Shown: positions 1 through 14,289, counted from the stretch's first letter. The stretch is 64,000 bases of DNA from Eukaryota sp. GEM-RC1 (GCA_040285855.1 JAUFOQ010000002.1:1736001-1800000), one strand, 5' to 3'. The notes: generated from the sequence alone by a model not told the origin. Translations and numbers: made by a program.

Positions 1-161
1 ATTCTGCTGACCACAACACTTTCAATCAGAAAAGATACGGCTTCTATCTAACAACGTATTGAAAAGGGAAAATTTGTTTAGAACCAGATTACATTCAGTA
101 AGATGACGTTGTGGTCGAATATCAGATTGTAAGTACAAACAGACTATATTTCAAAAGTATA

Positions 162-1042
162 CAGTAAACTCTCTCTAATTGAAACGACATGGTGAATGGA
201 GTTTCGTTTCAATCTACAGAGAGTTTTCAATTACAGAGAGTTCCTATAAAGCTACCCTAAACTAAATACAACATCCATATTTATTCCAGAGCATCAAATA
301 TGTTATTAATTAGTCTGCAAGAGCAAATTAACAAGTCTCATCCACAATACAACTACCATGAATGCTCGGACTTAAACAAATGTTATTATCTTGACTCAAA
401 TTAATCATCCCGCTTTTTGAAAATACTTTTACTTACTATCGACAGTACTCGTTATACAATGGTACATAGTAACTGTTTTGTTGATATTTCGTAAGGGTGA
501 CAAAAAAATGAACCAATGTTTCTTCCTCTTTACCCCAAGCACTACTGGAGGATCTATCATCACTTGATTTAGAGCAGTGAAGTCATTAAACTAATGTATT
601 TCAACACGATTGGAGAAAATTCTCAAACAATGATTCAGTTCCTTTTTTTGACGAAAGATGCTGCAGTTTCAGTTTCTGTGTTTTCATCATCTTCAAAATA
701 TTGACGAGCATGCATTTGTATTTGACTTTTGGTTGATGTTCAGTACTGTGTACGGTATATTGAAGTTGATGATGGGAAAAACCAGAAGATGACTGTAGGA
801 TTTATGAAACACAACAACGTCTTCCTCTTTCTCCACACTAACATCAATATATGGCAGCTAGCTATAGATGCGACAACCAGAATACAGTATAAAGTTGACT
901 TCAATGTTTCAATTAGGTCTCAAAAACTGTTGCAATTGTTTCCAATTTTCAATTTGGTATTGTTTTACTCGGTGGCATGGGTTTTTGTTGCAATTTCAGA
1001 GAGTTTTCAATTACAGGGGTTGCAATTTGAGAGAGTTTACTG
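162..1042. mobile_element. Non-autonomous Tc1/mariner-pogo-type element (MITE-like)
   Basis: TIR CAGTAAACTCTCTCTAATTGAAAC at 162 vs reverse complement CAGTAAACTCTCTCAAATTGCAAC ending 1042 (22/24). TA on both sides (160-161, 1043-1044). Internal direct repeat CAGAGAGTTTTCAATTACAG near both ends. Confidence 0.85.
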
Positions 1043-1198
1043 TAGTATATTTCTCAGCACAATTAAGATTACATGAGTTTTTCAACTTACAACCACAATC
1101 ACAACGGCAATAAAACACAAATACTGATACAGACTTTTAGTATAAACCATTGACACTGACTTAATCGACGCCACATTGGGCATAATCATACAATTACG

Positions 1199-4100
1199 AT
1201 GAGAAGGCTTACTTTTTGAATCCAAATTTTCATGCAAAGCTGAACAACATGGTACAAGTTGGCTATACAACATCCAACAATGTACCATTAATGATTCAGA
1301 TCACTCTATAAGCCGTTCTGGCATTGCTTGTTACTTCGTCTCTGCCAAAGGCTCTACTTTTCATATCAATATTCCCTTCCAACCTTATTTCTACGTTGAA
1401 GTAGACTGTCAGAATAACTATCACCCATCCCAAGGCTCTCTAGCTGAAGTAGAATCTCTTATTCGAAAAAGAGCCGAAGGTGTTTCTTCCATTGAAGTAG
1501 TCCAAAAGGAGGACCTTGACAAACCCAATCATCTTGTACAAGGACCTGCTACTTTCCTCAAAGTTTCTTTCAACAATGTCACTGAATACGGTACCGCCGT
1601 AAAAGAAGTTCAAAAACTCGCCAGAGATGAATACCTCCACCTTACAAAATCTTCTAAACATATCAAACGTCTTCGTGAATTCGACATTCCCCTCGCAATG
1701 AGAGCTACCATTGACCTGGGCATCAGAGTTGGGTTTTGGTATGACATCTCTTATCTCCTGAACATACCAAAGCTTACTCTAAGAGAGGATTTGGTAGAAA
1801 GAGCCCAACTAAGGATTCTTGCTTATGATATTGAGACTACTAAACAACCTTTAAAGTTTCCTGATGTGAAAAGTGATGTGATTATGATGATCTCTTATAT
1901 GATTGATGGTCATGGGTATCTAATCACTAATAGAGAAGTTGTCGGTGATGACGTGGATGATTTTGAGTTCTCTCCAACAGCTGAATATACAGGATTTTTT
2001 GAAATATTTAATGAAGCTAATGAAAAGATTTAATTATTCGGTTCTTCAACCACATCAAAGAAGAAAACCCTCAAGTCATTGTTACTTTCAATGGAGATTT
2101 CTTCGATTTTCCCTTTGTCGAAGGCAGAGCCAAAGTTCACGACCTCTCTTTTGAAGAGGTGTCAGGTTTCCGTAACGTTGGTACTGGTAACTCTAAAGAA
2201 TACGTATCCCCCCAGATTCTTCACTTGGATTGTTTCTACTGGGTCAAGCGAGATTCCTATCTTCCTCAAGGTTCTCAAGGTTTAAAGGCTGTTACAAAGG
2301 CTAAGCTTGGTTACGATCCGTATGAAGTTGATCCTGAGCTGATGGTTAAGTTTGCAAAGGAGAAACCAAAGTACATGGCCTCATACGCTGTCTCTGATGC
2401 TGTGTCCACGTATTATCTATACATGAAGTACATCCATGGGTTTATCTTTTCTCTTTGTAATATCGTCCCTTACCCACCAGATGACGTGCTCAGAAAGGGT
2501 AGTGGTTCTCTATGTGAAGCTTTGTTATTGGCAAGAGCTTTTTCTGATAACATTATTGCTCCGGATAAGCAGATTGACTTGGGCTTGAAACTGGCTGAGA
2601 ATGGGAATATTATTGATACAGAAACTTATGTTGGAGCCAAAGTAGAAGCTCTGACTTCAGGAATATTTAGAAGTGATTTGCCTATTAGTTTTGATTGTGA
2701 TTCAGCTGCTTTTCAAGAACTGATTGATAATATCGATCGTGATTTAAAATTTGCTCTTACTGAAGAAGGAAAGATCGACCTTGCTGACGTGACCAACTAT
2801 GAAGAGGTCAAATCATCAATCATCACTGAACTACTTGCCCTAAAAGAACAACCTTCCCGAACTGAACTTCCTCTCATCTACCATCTTGATGTCGGTGCCA
2901 TGTACCCCAATATTATCCTCACCAACAGACTCCAGCCCTGCTCAGTGGTGAGTGAGGAGCGGTGTGCAGGATGTGAGTTCAATACAAGAGAAGCTAAGTG
3001 TAAAAGGAAGATGCAGTGGGTGTGGAGAGGTAACATTTTCCCTTTGAACAAGTCTGACTTCATTCAAGTTCAGGACCAGCTGTCTCAGGAGGATCCCACC
3101 TTTACTGGCAAGTCTGATAATGATCGTGCTACTTTGCTTAGGAAAAGGCTATCACTAAAGGCTAGGAAAAGTCACACCTCTATTCATAATGTAGTTGAAA
3201 CAGTAAAAGATGTTGATATTTGTCAGAAGGAGAATCCTTTCTATGTAAATACCGTCGGAATGTTCCGTGATCGTCGTTATGAGTACAAAGTTCTACAGAA
3301 ACAATGGAAGAAAAAGATTGATTCTGCCAAAGACGCGATTGAAAGAGAAAATGCTAAAAACATGGTCATCATCTTCGACTCACTTCAACTAGCTCATAAG
3401 TGTATTCTTAATTCATTCTACGGTTATGTAATGAGAGCTGGGTCAAGGTGGCACTCTATTGAAATGGCTGGGGTAGTTACTTTGACTGGGGTTAACATCA
3501 TTACTAGAGCGAGGAAGTTGGTGGATCGAATTGGGAAACCTTTGGAACTTGACACTGATGGTATTTGGTGTGTTTTCCCACGGTCTTTTCCTGAAAACTT
3601 TTCATTTTCCCTTTCAAATGGCAAGTCTTACTCTATATCCTATCCTTGTGTAATGCTTAATGCCGACTGCTTCTCCTTCTTCACTAACTCTCAATACCAC
3701 CATCAAGTTCTAGGAACTGATGGTAAACCTCTCTACACCATGGATGGTCTTCCCCGATACGAGATTAAGCCAGAGTGTTCTATTGCTTTTGAAGTGGACG
3801 GTCCCTACAAAGCCATGGTTCTCCCAGCCTCAACAGAAGAAGGTAAGCTCTTGAAGAAGAGATATGCTGTCTTTAATGAAGATGGATCTTTAGCAGAACT
3901 GAAAGGATTCGAAATTAAAAGAAGAGGTGAACTTCAGATCATTAAGCAGTTCCAATCACAAGTATTTAAAGTGTTTTTAGAAGGAACTACCACTGAGGAA
4001 TGTTATAAGGCTGTTGGTGAGGTGGCGAATTCCTGGTTGGATATTCTTCATACAAAAGGAGCTAATATCTCTGATGAACAAGTGATTGAGTTGTTGTCAG

Positions 4101-7100
4101 AGTCTAAGAACATGTCGAAGAGTCTTCATGAGTACGGGGATCAGAAATCAGCTGCAATCACGACTGCCAAGAAACTAGCGGACTTTTTGGGACCTTCCAT
4201 TATTGAAGATTCTAGTTTAACGTGTAAATTCTTCATTTCAAGGTTTCCTGGGGAGCTTCCAGTTGCAGAACGTGCGGTTCCAATTGTTATTTTGTCAGCA
4301 GAACCTGCACTTCAACGAGAGTTTTTAAGAAGGTGGTGTGGAGTGTTGAGCTCTTATGAAATCAAATTTTTGATTGATTGGGATTACTATTTTGACCGTT
4401 TCTCAGCCACTGTCCGTAGAATCATTACAATTCCAGCTGCTCTACAAGGAGTTTCCAATCCTTGTCCATTGGTTGCTCACCCTCTGTGGTTAACAAAGAT
4501 GTTGAGCGAAAAGCGTAAGTCTAAGGGAATTGTCAAGATTTCTAGTTTCTTCCAGGCTGGTGCAAAACGGCTGTCGGATGGTGTTGAACCGCCGACGAAG
4601 ACTTCAGAAGTTGTTAATGTTGAGGATCAAGATTTAGTTGTTGACGTTGATGTTGAGCATAAGGAAAAAGTAAACCTCTTGGATCTTAGAAGTTCTGATT
4701 TCTACGAGTATCTCAAGGAATTAAAGTCGTCTTGGCGAGACAAAATTGAGAAACGAAGACTTCGCCACTTAAATTTTAAAAAAAGTAAACTTGTACTCCC
4801 CCAAGGCGCTGTTCACAGTACAAAGGTCGTTCAAAAGCTAGAACGCGAGGCTCGTCTTAACAAAGACCTCTCTACTGCTGCTCTCCACCCCTCCTCTGCT
4901 CCCAAGGCTTATCTCTCCGTTGAAGAAAGAATGGCCAATGAAACTTGGTTCTTGTTGTCTTTGGTTCCTGTTTCTGATGGTAGTGATGGTAATTTCACTG
5001 CCTGGGTTGTTATTGGGGGTAGTTTGTTCTCTGTATCTATGGAAGTTCCTAGAATTATCTACTGTCATGCTGAAAACGACGCTATTGACTTTAAATCACT
5101 TGAATTGAATCTTTCTACGAGAAAAGTCTTCATGACTCCTCCTAAGGGATTCTCAGAATCAGAGGGGTCTAATCAAAAGGCTTCAGAAGTTCTAGAAATC
5201 TCAATGCCGGAATCTAGTTATACTAAACTACAGGATCAAATTGCCACTTGGAAGTATTCGCCTAAAATCTTTGGAATCTATGAACAAGACGTTCCGCTTC
5301 AATTCAGAGCCATTGTTGAGCTAGGATCTTGCTTCAACTGCACGCAGCCCCTCAGACAGAATTTAATCAGATCAGAAAGACGTTTGAATAGTATGTTTCA
5401 TCTTAAAGAGTTTGAAATGAACAACAAAGGTCTTAATACTGGCGAAGTACCTTTTCCTTTGGAGAATCTTTCAACTATATTCTTGGCTTTCTTTCAGTGC
5501 GGAGCGAGGACTGTTACTGGAATCTTTTCAAATAGATTTAAGAAATATTTAATATATTTTAGTACGATCTCTATGACGTCAACGGTATCTCATTTCTCTC
5601 ATTCTGATGTTGTTGCGGTTGATTCGATGTTCAATGGGTGGAGTGGGGAAGTGAAGACTGCAAAATCAATTGATGAAATATTTAAAAAATTTGAAGGTTT
5701 TCTAGGGGATGAAATGATGTATAATCAGGGTCCCGACTTTTCCATTTTGATTAAACAAGGTGATCAACTTCAATCAAAATTTACCTCTGCCGGCTACTTT
5801 CCTTCTTTTCAATACCAATGCCATTTGAAGATCTATCAACTGTCACATCATCAGATCAGTTTACGTGGATGGAAACTGGATTACGACTCGTGATTGAGAA
5901 GTTTACGGAAAGCAGACCCCGTGTGATTGCAAGAATCGAGGCTTCAGCTGTTATTGGTATCCCGGCTGGCAATCTTTCTCCTGACATTCCCCTTCAGACC
6001 TCTGACGTGTACTTAGCGAGACTTTTGAAGAAAGATAATCACCTTCTCTGGACTTCCCTTGACTCTGACCAAAATCTAACGTTTAAGTCCCTCTTGACCT
6101 CCAGTAACGCTGTTAAAAAAGTAGACTTTATACCTGGACTTTTTAGAAGTTGGTCAGCTGAAGTTAGACTGTATGGATTTGTTGCAAATGCCATCACTTC
6201 CTTTACTAATGGTACTCAAACTAGTTCCTTGTTAAATACTCCAGAGAGCTCAGCTATTGTTAGTAGTCCTGCGTTTGTTCAATTTGAATTAATGGTGAAA
6301 TTTGTAAAATTTTGTTTTAGTCGATATAAGACTAATTCAGCAGATGCCAAATATTGTGGTGAAATTTTAAAAAATCTTGGACGGATCATTGCGAGTCAAA
6401 CTTCAGTTCTATACGATCCTGAGCTCCTCTCATTAGTAACCTCAGTAACAGATACTTCAAAAGACGAATTAGTCTCAATTATTCAAAAAACTGGTGGGTC
6501 AGTGCTATATTTTAATAATGATTCCAGTACTCTTCGAATCTGCACTGCTAAGGCTTCCATTGATCGCTCTGAGTATTGGATGGAGAACCTTCAGGATATT
6601 ATTTCATCACCACAGAAGAATTTTAAATATCTCACTATTAAAATTTTACAGTACATCGCCCCACTTGTTCAATTAGACGAATCCTCTCACTTTGGCCTTG
6701 TATCTGATGGAGGATATATTTCAAATTTCTATCTTCTCAATGATCCCATGTTCTCTGAAGTTTCAGATTATGTTAGAAAAATGATTATCTTTTATTTAAG
6801 TACTTCAAGGAAACTTCTGGATTTAGTTGACCATTATCAAATTTCTGGGGAAGTTAAGGATGTAAACATTCCCTTTGACCTCGTTCACTTCCTGAGTTTA
6901 GTCTCCATTAAGGAGGATGTAGATGAAAATAGTCGTTTGGGTGTTGGAGCGATGAGAGCAATGTTTGGTGACTTCTTCAAAAACACAAATTTCAATTTTA
7001 AGAATATTTTATTTGGGCTTTGTAAGGAGATGAAAAGGAAATATGCTCGTGGTAATTCGTTGGCTAGCAGACTTATTTTCTTAATTTGTTACGTTCTTGA

Positions 7101-7563
7101 GTTTGATCCTGCTATTCAACCTATTTTGTCTAATTTCAAACAACTTTTGGTTGATGTTCTTGATATCGATTCTCCTGCAGATATTGATACCAACACGTCA
7201 TCGCTAGTTCTACAGTTAGTTTGTACTCGATGTTTGGCAACGTGTCCGATTGATATATGTAGGGAAACCTGGATGTGTCGTGATTGCCAATGTCGTTTTG
7301 ATGACGATTACATTGAATCTGAATTGGTGAAACAGTTAAATAACTGTCTAACTCTCTATCATCGACAAGATTTCGTCTGCAGTCGTTGTAACCTCGGGGC
7401 TCATTCGCTCGTGACCAATATCTGTCATTGTCAAGGGAATTTGACTGGTAGTGTTTCCACTGAAGATGTTTTGGAATTTATCAAGCCTTTTAAAACTATT
7501 GCTAAAATGCAGAATGTTTCAATGGAATTCCTTAATGAAACTCTGGCGTATTTCATTATTTAA
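1199..7563 (+). CDS. POLE: DNA polymerase epsilon catalytic subunit A (split by homopolymer indels near ~1215, ~2025 and ~5808; start approximate)
   Basis: N-terminal WLYNI, PYFY and KEDLDKPNHL; exonuclease AYDIET and TFNGDFFDFPF; polymerase YHLDVGAMYPNI, KCILNSFYGY, ELDTDG; CysX; C-terminal CysA/CysB clusters in ORF 5818-7563. Confidence 0.97.
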
Positions 7564-7856
7564 ATATGTAGTTTTAACTAACCAGTTGACTGTTTCTTTC
7601 TTTCACTGTTTTGTTGCTTATTACTACCACATGTAGCCTGTTACTTGCTTTCAGTTTTACGACTGCAGTTATACTAGTTGTCATTGTTGTAGTAGTATTA
7701 TTGTTCGTTGATCAACTGCAGTATTAAGTTTACAAGCTAAGTGTTCAATATCTATATATTGTTGGCCAAATGTGTTTCAATAAGATAAAAGAATAAATGA
7801 AAGATATCTGCGAAGTTTAACCAACAACATTGTCACTTTTTGTATTTGTAGTTACA

Positions 7857-8227
7857 ATGTCCGATTTCAATCAACGAAAGCCAAGATCCTGCGAGGAACT
7901 CAGACAACCTCCACATGAAGTAGAATGGAAAGAAGAAACTCATAAAGAAAAGAAGGGCAAACAAAGGGAATGAAATCAACCAAAGTCTGCAAGACCATTG
8001 AGGTTGGAAGCTGGTATGAGGATATTCCGGTTGGAGAAACTACCGTTGAGGAGCAAGTCATACGGGAACCCATTGCTCGTGATCGTATCATCACTCAACC
8101 CTACGAACGTACTATATCTACGAGGGAGGAAATCAAAGAGGAGGAAAGTGAAGCAATGAGAGAGGTTTCGTCCGGTTTGATTTGTCAACCAAGGTCTTCA
8201 TCTTCAGAGTATAAACGTAGGTCGTAG
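7857..8227 (+). CDS. Small charged hypothetical protein (one apparent frameshift near 7965)
   Basis: ATG at 7857 (MSDFNQRK...) runs into ORF 7970-8227; no recognisable domain. Confidence 0.4.
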
Positions 8228-8318
8228 ATCCACTGTTGCCCTAGTATATATTTGGTATAATAAGATTTTTTGGTCTTGCTTCAATAAACGAATCAAAGAA
8301 ATCAAATGATGCCGGCAA

Positions 8319-9540
8319 ATGCTGTCACGCCTTGCTTCGTTGGCTTTACGACTAAATGGACGGCTGTTTGTCTCTGACAGTCCTACTCAGTCCGCTACTA
8401 TCATAAATAAGTTACGAAGGTCATCAATGCTTTGTATTTCAGGCCATGGGAATATTCTTGATGATGGCGAAGATCAACACCAGATCCCCCTCGGTACAGT
8501 CTTCAGCCCTAGTCTTTCTTGCTCAATCTCTCTCGACATTGGGGGTTCTCTCCTCAAACTTCTCTACTTTGAACCCTTTGAACTCTCTGAATTCTCTAAA
8601 CCAAAGGGAAAACTCAAGTTCAAAGCTGAACTCTCCATTACATGTAGATCTCTTGGCCGCTTCTTCTTCTACAACACCAGCTCCTCCAATGTATCAGAAG
8701 TCCTTGAGTTTGTAAAGGAAAACTCCCTACATTCCCTACTTCACTCTTTACCTGCAACTGGAGGTGGGGCTCATAAATTCAGTCAATTGATTTCTACAGA
8801 ACTCACGTTACCACTACAAAACTACGATGAAATGGACTGTCTAGTTACTGGTTTGAATTTCTTTCTAAGGCAGGATCCAAAAGAATTATTTCAAATATTT
8901 ACGATAGAAAACGAAACCAAAATTCTGCATGACAGTGTTGATTCAAAGTTATTTCCTTATCTCCTAGTTAATGTTGGCAGCGGATGCTCTATACTTAAAG
9001 TCGATGGTACGTCTAATTACTCTCGTGTATCAGGATCTGGTCTTGGAGGAGCCACTTTCTTCGCTCTTTCAAAGCTAATTATTGGACAAGATTGTACTTA
9101 TGAAACTCTATTATCCATGGTTAGAGATGGGGATTCTCGTAAGGTTGACATGTTAGTTGGAGATATATACGGTGCTGGGTACAAGTCAATCGGACTGTCA
9201 AGTGATTTGACTGCTGCTTTTTTTGGAAAATTATTAAATTCTGAAAATTTAAAAAATGTTACGCAGGCAGATCTTGTTAGAACTACTCTAATGATGGTTA
9301 CTAATAACTTAGCTCATATTGCGTACCTCATTGCAAATAAGTATAACATTAAAAGAGTTATCTTTGCTGGTCATTTCTTTCGTCATGACAACGTGGCAAT
9401 GACGTCAGTAAGTAGAGGAATTCACTTTTTGGTCGAGTGGGCAAATTAGAAGCTTCTTTTTAAGACATGAGGGATATTTGGGAGCGATGGGTGCTTTTGT
9501 TACACATACTGGGCTCCAGAATCAGTGTTATTCGGAATAA
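8319..9540 (+). CDS. PANK: Type II (eukaryotic/fumble) pantothenate kinase; extra T near 9428
   Basis: LDIGGSLLKL, ATGGGAHKF, DEMDCLVTG, PYLLVNVGSG, GSGLGGATF, VDMLVGDIYG. Corrected end reads FWSSG...FLRHEGYLGAMGAF with stop at 9540. Confidence 0.95.
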
Positions 9541-9780
9541 TTTATGAAATTTTAATAATTATAATTTATGAAATTTTAATGTGTTTATTGATATTTGGAT
9601 GTGTTTGTTAAAACCAAAACCAAAATATTGAAATTCCCAAAGAGAAACAAACCTAGCTTGTAAATAAAAACTGGATTCAAAAACAATCAACAGGACCAAC
9701 TAAAACTTTTCTAGGAAAAAACAATGTACACTCAAAAAAACTGACAGGATTAATAAACTAACTTCCTTCTAGATATACTT

Positions 9781-11589
9781 CTACTGTTCGAGCTCAATCA
9801 AAAATTTCGATGAAATATCTAAAAATTTAACAGGACTTCCAAATGTTTTTGGAAATCCACAACATAATCATCATTGAGACCAGTAAACACCCGTAATTCA
9901 AAACAAACACTTTCACAATCACCACAACTGCTGACGTCATCAAAATCGTCATCACCTTCTTCATCTGAATCGTGGTAGTCAAGATACGGCGAATCCACTT
10001 CACAACATTTGAACCGAAAGAACGTTGGATCGAAATTCCACTGGAAATCAAGAGACTTCAACACTCTACAAATCTCAGCTAATAGAGTTTTCAGTTCCAG
10101 ATTTGATCTCCAACCAATAATCCACTTCTTTTTCTCTTGTTTTCTATTCAACAACCGATCGTTCATTTTCTTCCAAATCACCCGAATTAATCTTGGCAAT
10201 TTCCGCTTTTGTCATTTTGGAAAGCGACTCATCTGACGACGATGACGAATCAACCAGTTTTGAGGCAGGTGGTGGTTGCCCATCAAATGAAACAGGAATA
10301 TCTAAAGGATCACGATTACTGTCAGTCGCATCACTATCAAACATTGAAGGGTCCAGAGCTTTCCGATCATGGTCTTTGAGATTCTTGCTGAAATCATGCT
10401 GATGACTCACGGAGAAAGGAACTGTCTTATCAGACTTATCGTCAGTTTCAGTGTCCATAGCTCGAGCTTCTAAAGCAAAAGTAGGGATAGGAATTCCAAA
10501 ATCCATATTCTCAGTACCATTTTCATCATAAGTACTTTGGTCTTCTTGATTTTCAGCATAAGTAAACCTCTTCCACCTCTGATCACGAATCAAGTGATAA
10601 GCAACTGTAATCTCGTTAGTCTCGTGTCTTCTCAACGCCTTTTTGATCTCTTCACGTGACGCAGCGTGGCTAAACAGAGCTTCCACCTCATCAACAATAT
10701 CCTCATCGACCGCTCCCAAAGTTCTGAAATCTACTAAAATAATATCTAGATACTTTGGCAACGACGTTCGAAACCACTCGTGAGACTTAATATCATCAAT
10801 GCTAGCTCTCTGCAGGGGGTCAACAATCAACATCCCCCTGATTAAGTCCTTCAAAGAGTCAGGAACAGTAATATTAGAAGGGAAGAAGAAACGGCCAGAT
10901 TTAATTTTAGTGAAGAGTACTTGAATGTTCCGGTCATCAAAGGGAAGTCGACCAAAGAGCATAGCGTATAGGATAACCCCAATAGACCAGACATCAACAG
11001 CAGGACCAACATAGGGTTGCCCAGAGATAACTTCAGGAGCAGCGTAGTTAGGTGAACCACAGGAAGTAAGAAGAAAGTTACCATCAGCCATTAGGTTGGA
11101 TAATCCAAAGTCCGCAATCTTAATGTTAGACTCAGCGTCCAAGAGGATGTTCTCGGGTTTAAGATCTCTGTGAACAATTAGGTTACGATGACAGTAGTCC
11201 ACGGCAGATATTATTTGCTGAAAGTAGTGGCGAACATCATTCTCTTTGAAGGGACCATTACGGGAGATTAAGTCGAAAAGCTCACCTCCGGGAACAAACT
11301 CTAGTATCATGTAGATTTCTCCCCAACCGTCAATGACTTCGTAGAGCTTTGTTATGTGAGGATGGTCGAAGAGTTTTAGGATTCTGATTTCGCGCTTGAC
11401 TTTTTCGTCCATACGCAGAGAGCGGATTTTGCGTTTGCTAAGTATTTTAACAGCAACTTTATGGCCAGTAAGTGCATGTTCAGCAAGTTTGACATGTCCA
11501 AAGGTGCCTTCTCCAAGAATTTGTCCAATTTTGTAACGGCCAAAAGCAACCGTCTTGTCTTCTTGTTTTGCAGCGTGTCGACCAGACAT
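9781..11589 (-). CDS. SNF1: SNF1/AMPK alpha catalytic subunit (frameshifts near ~10170 and ~9848)
   Basis: GEGTFGHVK, HRDLKPEN, DFGLSN, LLTSCGSPNYAAPE; UBA/AID-like region; C-terminal KKWIIGWRS...VDFQK domain in the adjacent frame. Confidence 0.93.
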
Positions 11590-11664
11590 ATAAGTGTTGA
11601 AAAGCAAGAACGCCTTTTATAGATACCGTAAAGTGGGGTCAAAAATTTCAGTTCTTTAATCCGC

Positions 11665-13679
11665 ATGTCCTCTAAACTAACCCTGTTTGTGTACACTAAT
11701 GATAGTGCAAACGTTGTTGAATGTCAACCTACTGACAGTTTTGCGGACACGCTGAAAAACTCTTTATCTATTTCTCTTAATTCATCTTCATTGGTGTCCA
11801 TCAAACAAGCTCTCACTGGTGTCTTCTTCCCAGAGGTGCCTGTCTCCCACCCAGTTGGCTTGTATGTCCAGAACATCGCCGATCTTCGCATTCTTTCTTC
11901 TGAAGTTCCCAAGCCCATCCCACGCAAACCAGTCGTTCCCGAGCCTGTCTACCCTCCTGAATCTGAAGTCCAACCCTACCTTAACGACGCTCAACACTTC
12001 TTCGATGAGAACAACTTCCTTGATGCTCTTCCCCTCCTTCAAAAAGCTGTAGAGATTCGTCCGATCTACGTTCCTGCCCACAATCTCCTTGGTCAAATCT
12101 ACCAACGCTCCAAGAACTTCAATGATGCAGTAACTCATTTCAAACTGGCCTACACTCACTCCAAGGATCCCTCCTACCTCATCAACGTCGCCGATTGCTA
12201 CGAAAAATCAAATTTGATTGATAAAGCCATTGAACACTACTCAGACGCTGAAATCAAGTCCAAAGACACTCCTTCTCTCTCCCTCACTGGTCGTGCTGGC
12301 GTAGCTCGTTGTCTCCCTAGCTAAAAAGGATTCCACGAGAGCAGCCGGTCTAATCACCCTAAATCTTCAACGTGAGCAGAACCACATTCCTTCTCTTTTG
12401 GTATTTGCTTCTCTTCACGGAATCTCTGGTTCTCAAGTTGGAAGTAAAAGAGGGGGCAAAGGCTTTGGTGAGATGCTTGGGATTGTCTACTGAAGAAAAG
12501 GTTGTTCAGGAATTAGGCAAGTACCTTAGAGCTCATGGGGATATGACTGATTACGTTATTGACCTGGTCAATCAAGGTCCGAGTGGTGATTTCTCTTTAC
12601 GATTGATTTCGTCCTTTTTGTTTAAGAATGGGTTCGTGGCATTGTCCTTGAAGTTCTTTAAGCATTTGGCTCGTAAAAACAAAGATAAACCGGAGTTTGT
12701 CCGTGATTATATTCTTGCTCTTGAGTCTGAATTAAAGTTCTTGGATGGAATCACTGAATTTTTGAGACTATTAGCTGGTTGTGATGGACAGGTTATTGAT
12801 GACGTGCCAGTTAGAGAGATTAGAAGTGTTTTGGACTCTATTTTTGGAGCTCAATCAATTGTTCCAACCGCCAATGTCGATAATTCCGGTGATTGCTCCG
12901 ACTTTGACCTTTCCATGATCTCTTCTAAATTAGAAGAGCTCAATCAAGCCAAATCAGCTCCCACTGATAAATTAGATGGCCAAGTCGTGTTCTCTCAGCT
13001 ATTAATGGTCATTATAAGAATGCTATTTAACTTGGGCCATTTGTCCGTTATCAAAAAGCTTTCCTTTGCCATCAACAAGATCATTCTGAGCCATTCATTG
13101 GATAAGTTTAATATCAGTGAGATCCGCAACGACTACAAGGTTTGTCTTGAGATCTTGGCTTTCATTTGTTCTAGACCCAACACTCTCAATCGTCATTCTC
13201 TTGGAACTCAAGATAAGGCTATTGTTTTTGGTGATTTTAATGTTCTTCCATTTGTTTACACTCACTTTGACCTTGCAGATCGTCACTTGTTCACCGTCCC
13301 CGTACTTCTTCCCACACTTAACATCTTCAAAATGAAGACTGGTTCTCAGGATGTTCTTCGTAATTCCTTTGTTAAGTTTGCTGGTTTGGTCCCTGCAAAG
13401 TCTACGGTTTTCTTTTCCTTTAGTGATGTTGGTTACAAGGAGTTGATAGAGGACGATGTTAAGCAAATGAAGATCAACTCGTTTGATGAAGGTATTGAAG
13501 CTCTGGTTAACTTGTACGTTGACTTGATGGTGCTTATTGCTGAGAAACGTAAAAGTACAGTGTTTGGTAGACTTTGTGAAGGAGGGGATATTGAGTTTGC
13601 TAAGCAGTTCAATGATGTATTGAGAGAGAAAGTTGTTGGAAGAAAATGTTGTTTTCTGGATGCCTCTTTATTTGACTAA
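11665..13679 (+). CDS. TPR-repeat protein (two apparent frameshifts, ~12316 and ~12430)
   Basis: TPR consensus (AHNLLGQIY...AVTHFKLA, YLINVADCYEK...AIEHYSDA). ORFs 11665-12324 and 12372-13679 join through an open bridging frame. Confidence 0.75.
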
Positions 13680-13787
13680 ATAAACATTGTTGTATTTGCA
13701 AAGAATAATATAGAGAGTATTTATAAATAAAGTTGATAAATAAAGGGCAAATAGATGAAAACAAAACTAAAAAAGACTAAGAAACAT

Positions 13788-14201
13788 TTACATTTGAGAC
13801 CGCAGAACAGCGGGGTCCAATGAAGAAGGAATGGGAGTGGCTATAGGTAAAGTAGCTCGGGAGCTAGTACCATTGTCGGGAGGAGCCATGCCGCCAGCCA
13901 TTTGAGACTCCAGAGAAGAATAGGGATCGTCTTTTAGAGCAGATAAACGCTTCTTGTGTGGTTTTGATTTGAAGTGAGACTGAAGGTGGGAGTCTGATAT
14001 GAAGTGGCGAGCACATGCCACACAGTAGAATTTACCTAAGCCAGGAAGTTCTTGATCAACTTGTGATATAAGTTTTGGAACGTTTTCTGATTTGAGATCG
14101 TCATGTATTTCATCCATGTCTTTAGTACGTTTGTGACAGGCGAATCGTTTTGTGGTCATCTTACGTCGCTTGACTCGTCCAGATCGTTGAGGTTTGCCCA
14201 T
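13788..14201 (-). CDS. BUD20: BUD20/ZNF593 C2H2 pre-60S ribosome biogenesis factor
   Basis: RTKDMDEIHDD, LPGLGKFYCVACARHF, HFKSKPHKKRL, PYS..E...AGG; likely start MGKPQR at 14201. Confidence 0.92.
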   Translation of the reverse strand: MGKPQRSGRVKRRKMTTKRFACHKRTKDMDEIHDDLKSENVPKLISQVDQELPGLGKFYCVACARHFISDSHLQSHFKSKPHKKRLSALKDDPYSSLESQMAGGMAPPDNGTSSRATLPIATPIPSSLDPAVLRSQM

Positions 14202-14289
14202 TGTGGAGTAGAAGTGTTGAAAAGAGAATTTACAAACACTGCTTAAAACACGTGAACCAAAATGCAAGAGTTTCAGTGTTAATTCGTAT

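Noticed and set aside
729..1113. ORFs 729-1076 and 868-1113
   Set aside because: They fall within and across the end of the TIR-bounded MITE and have no protein-like features.
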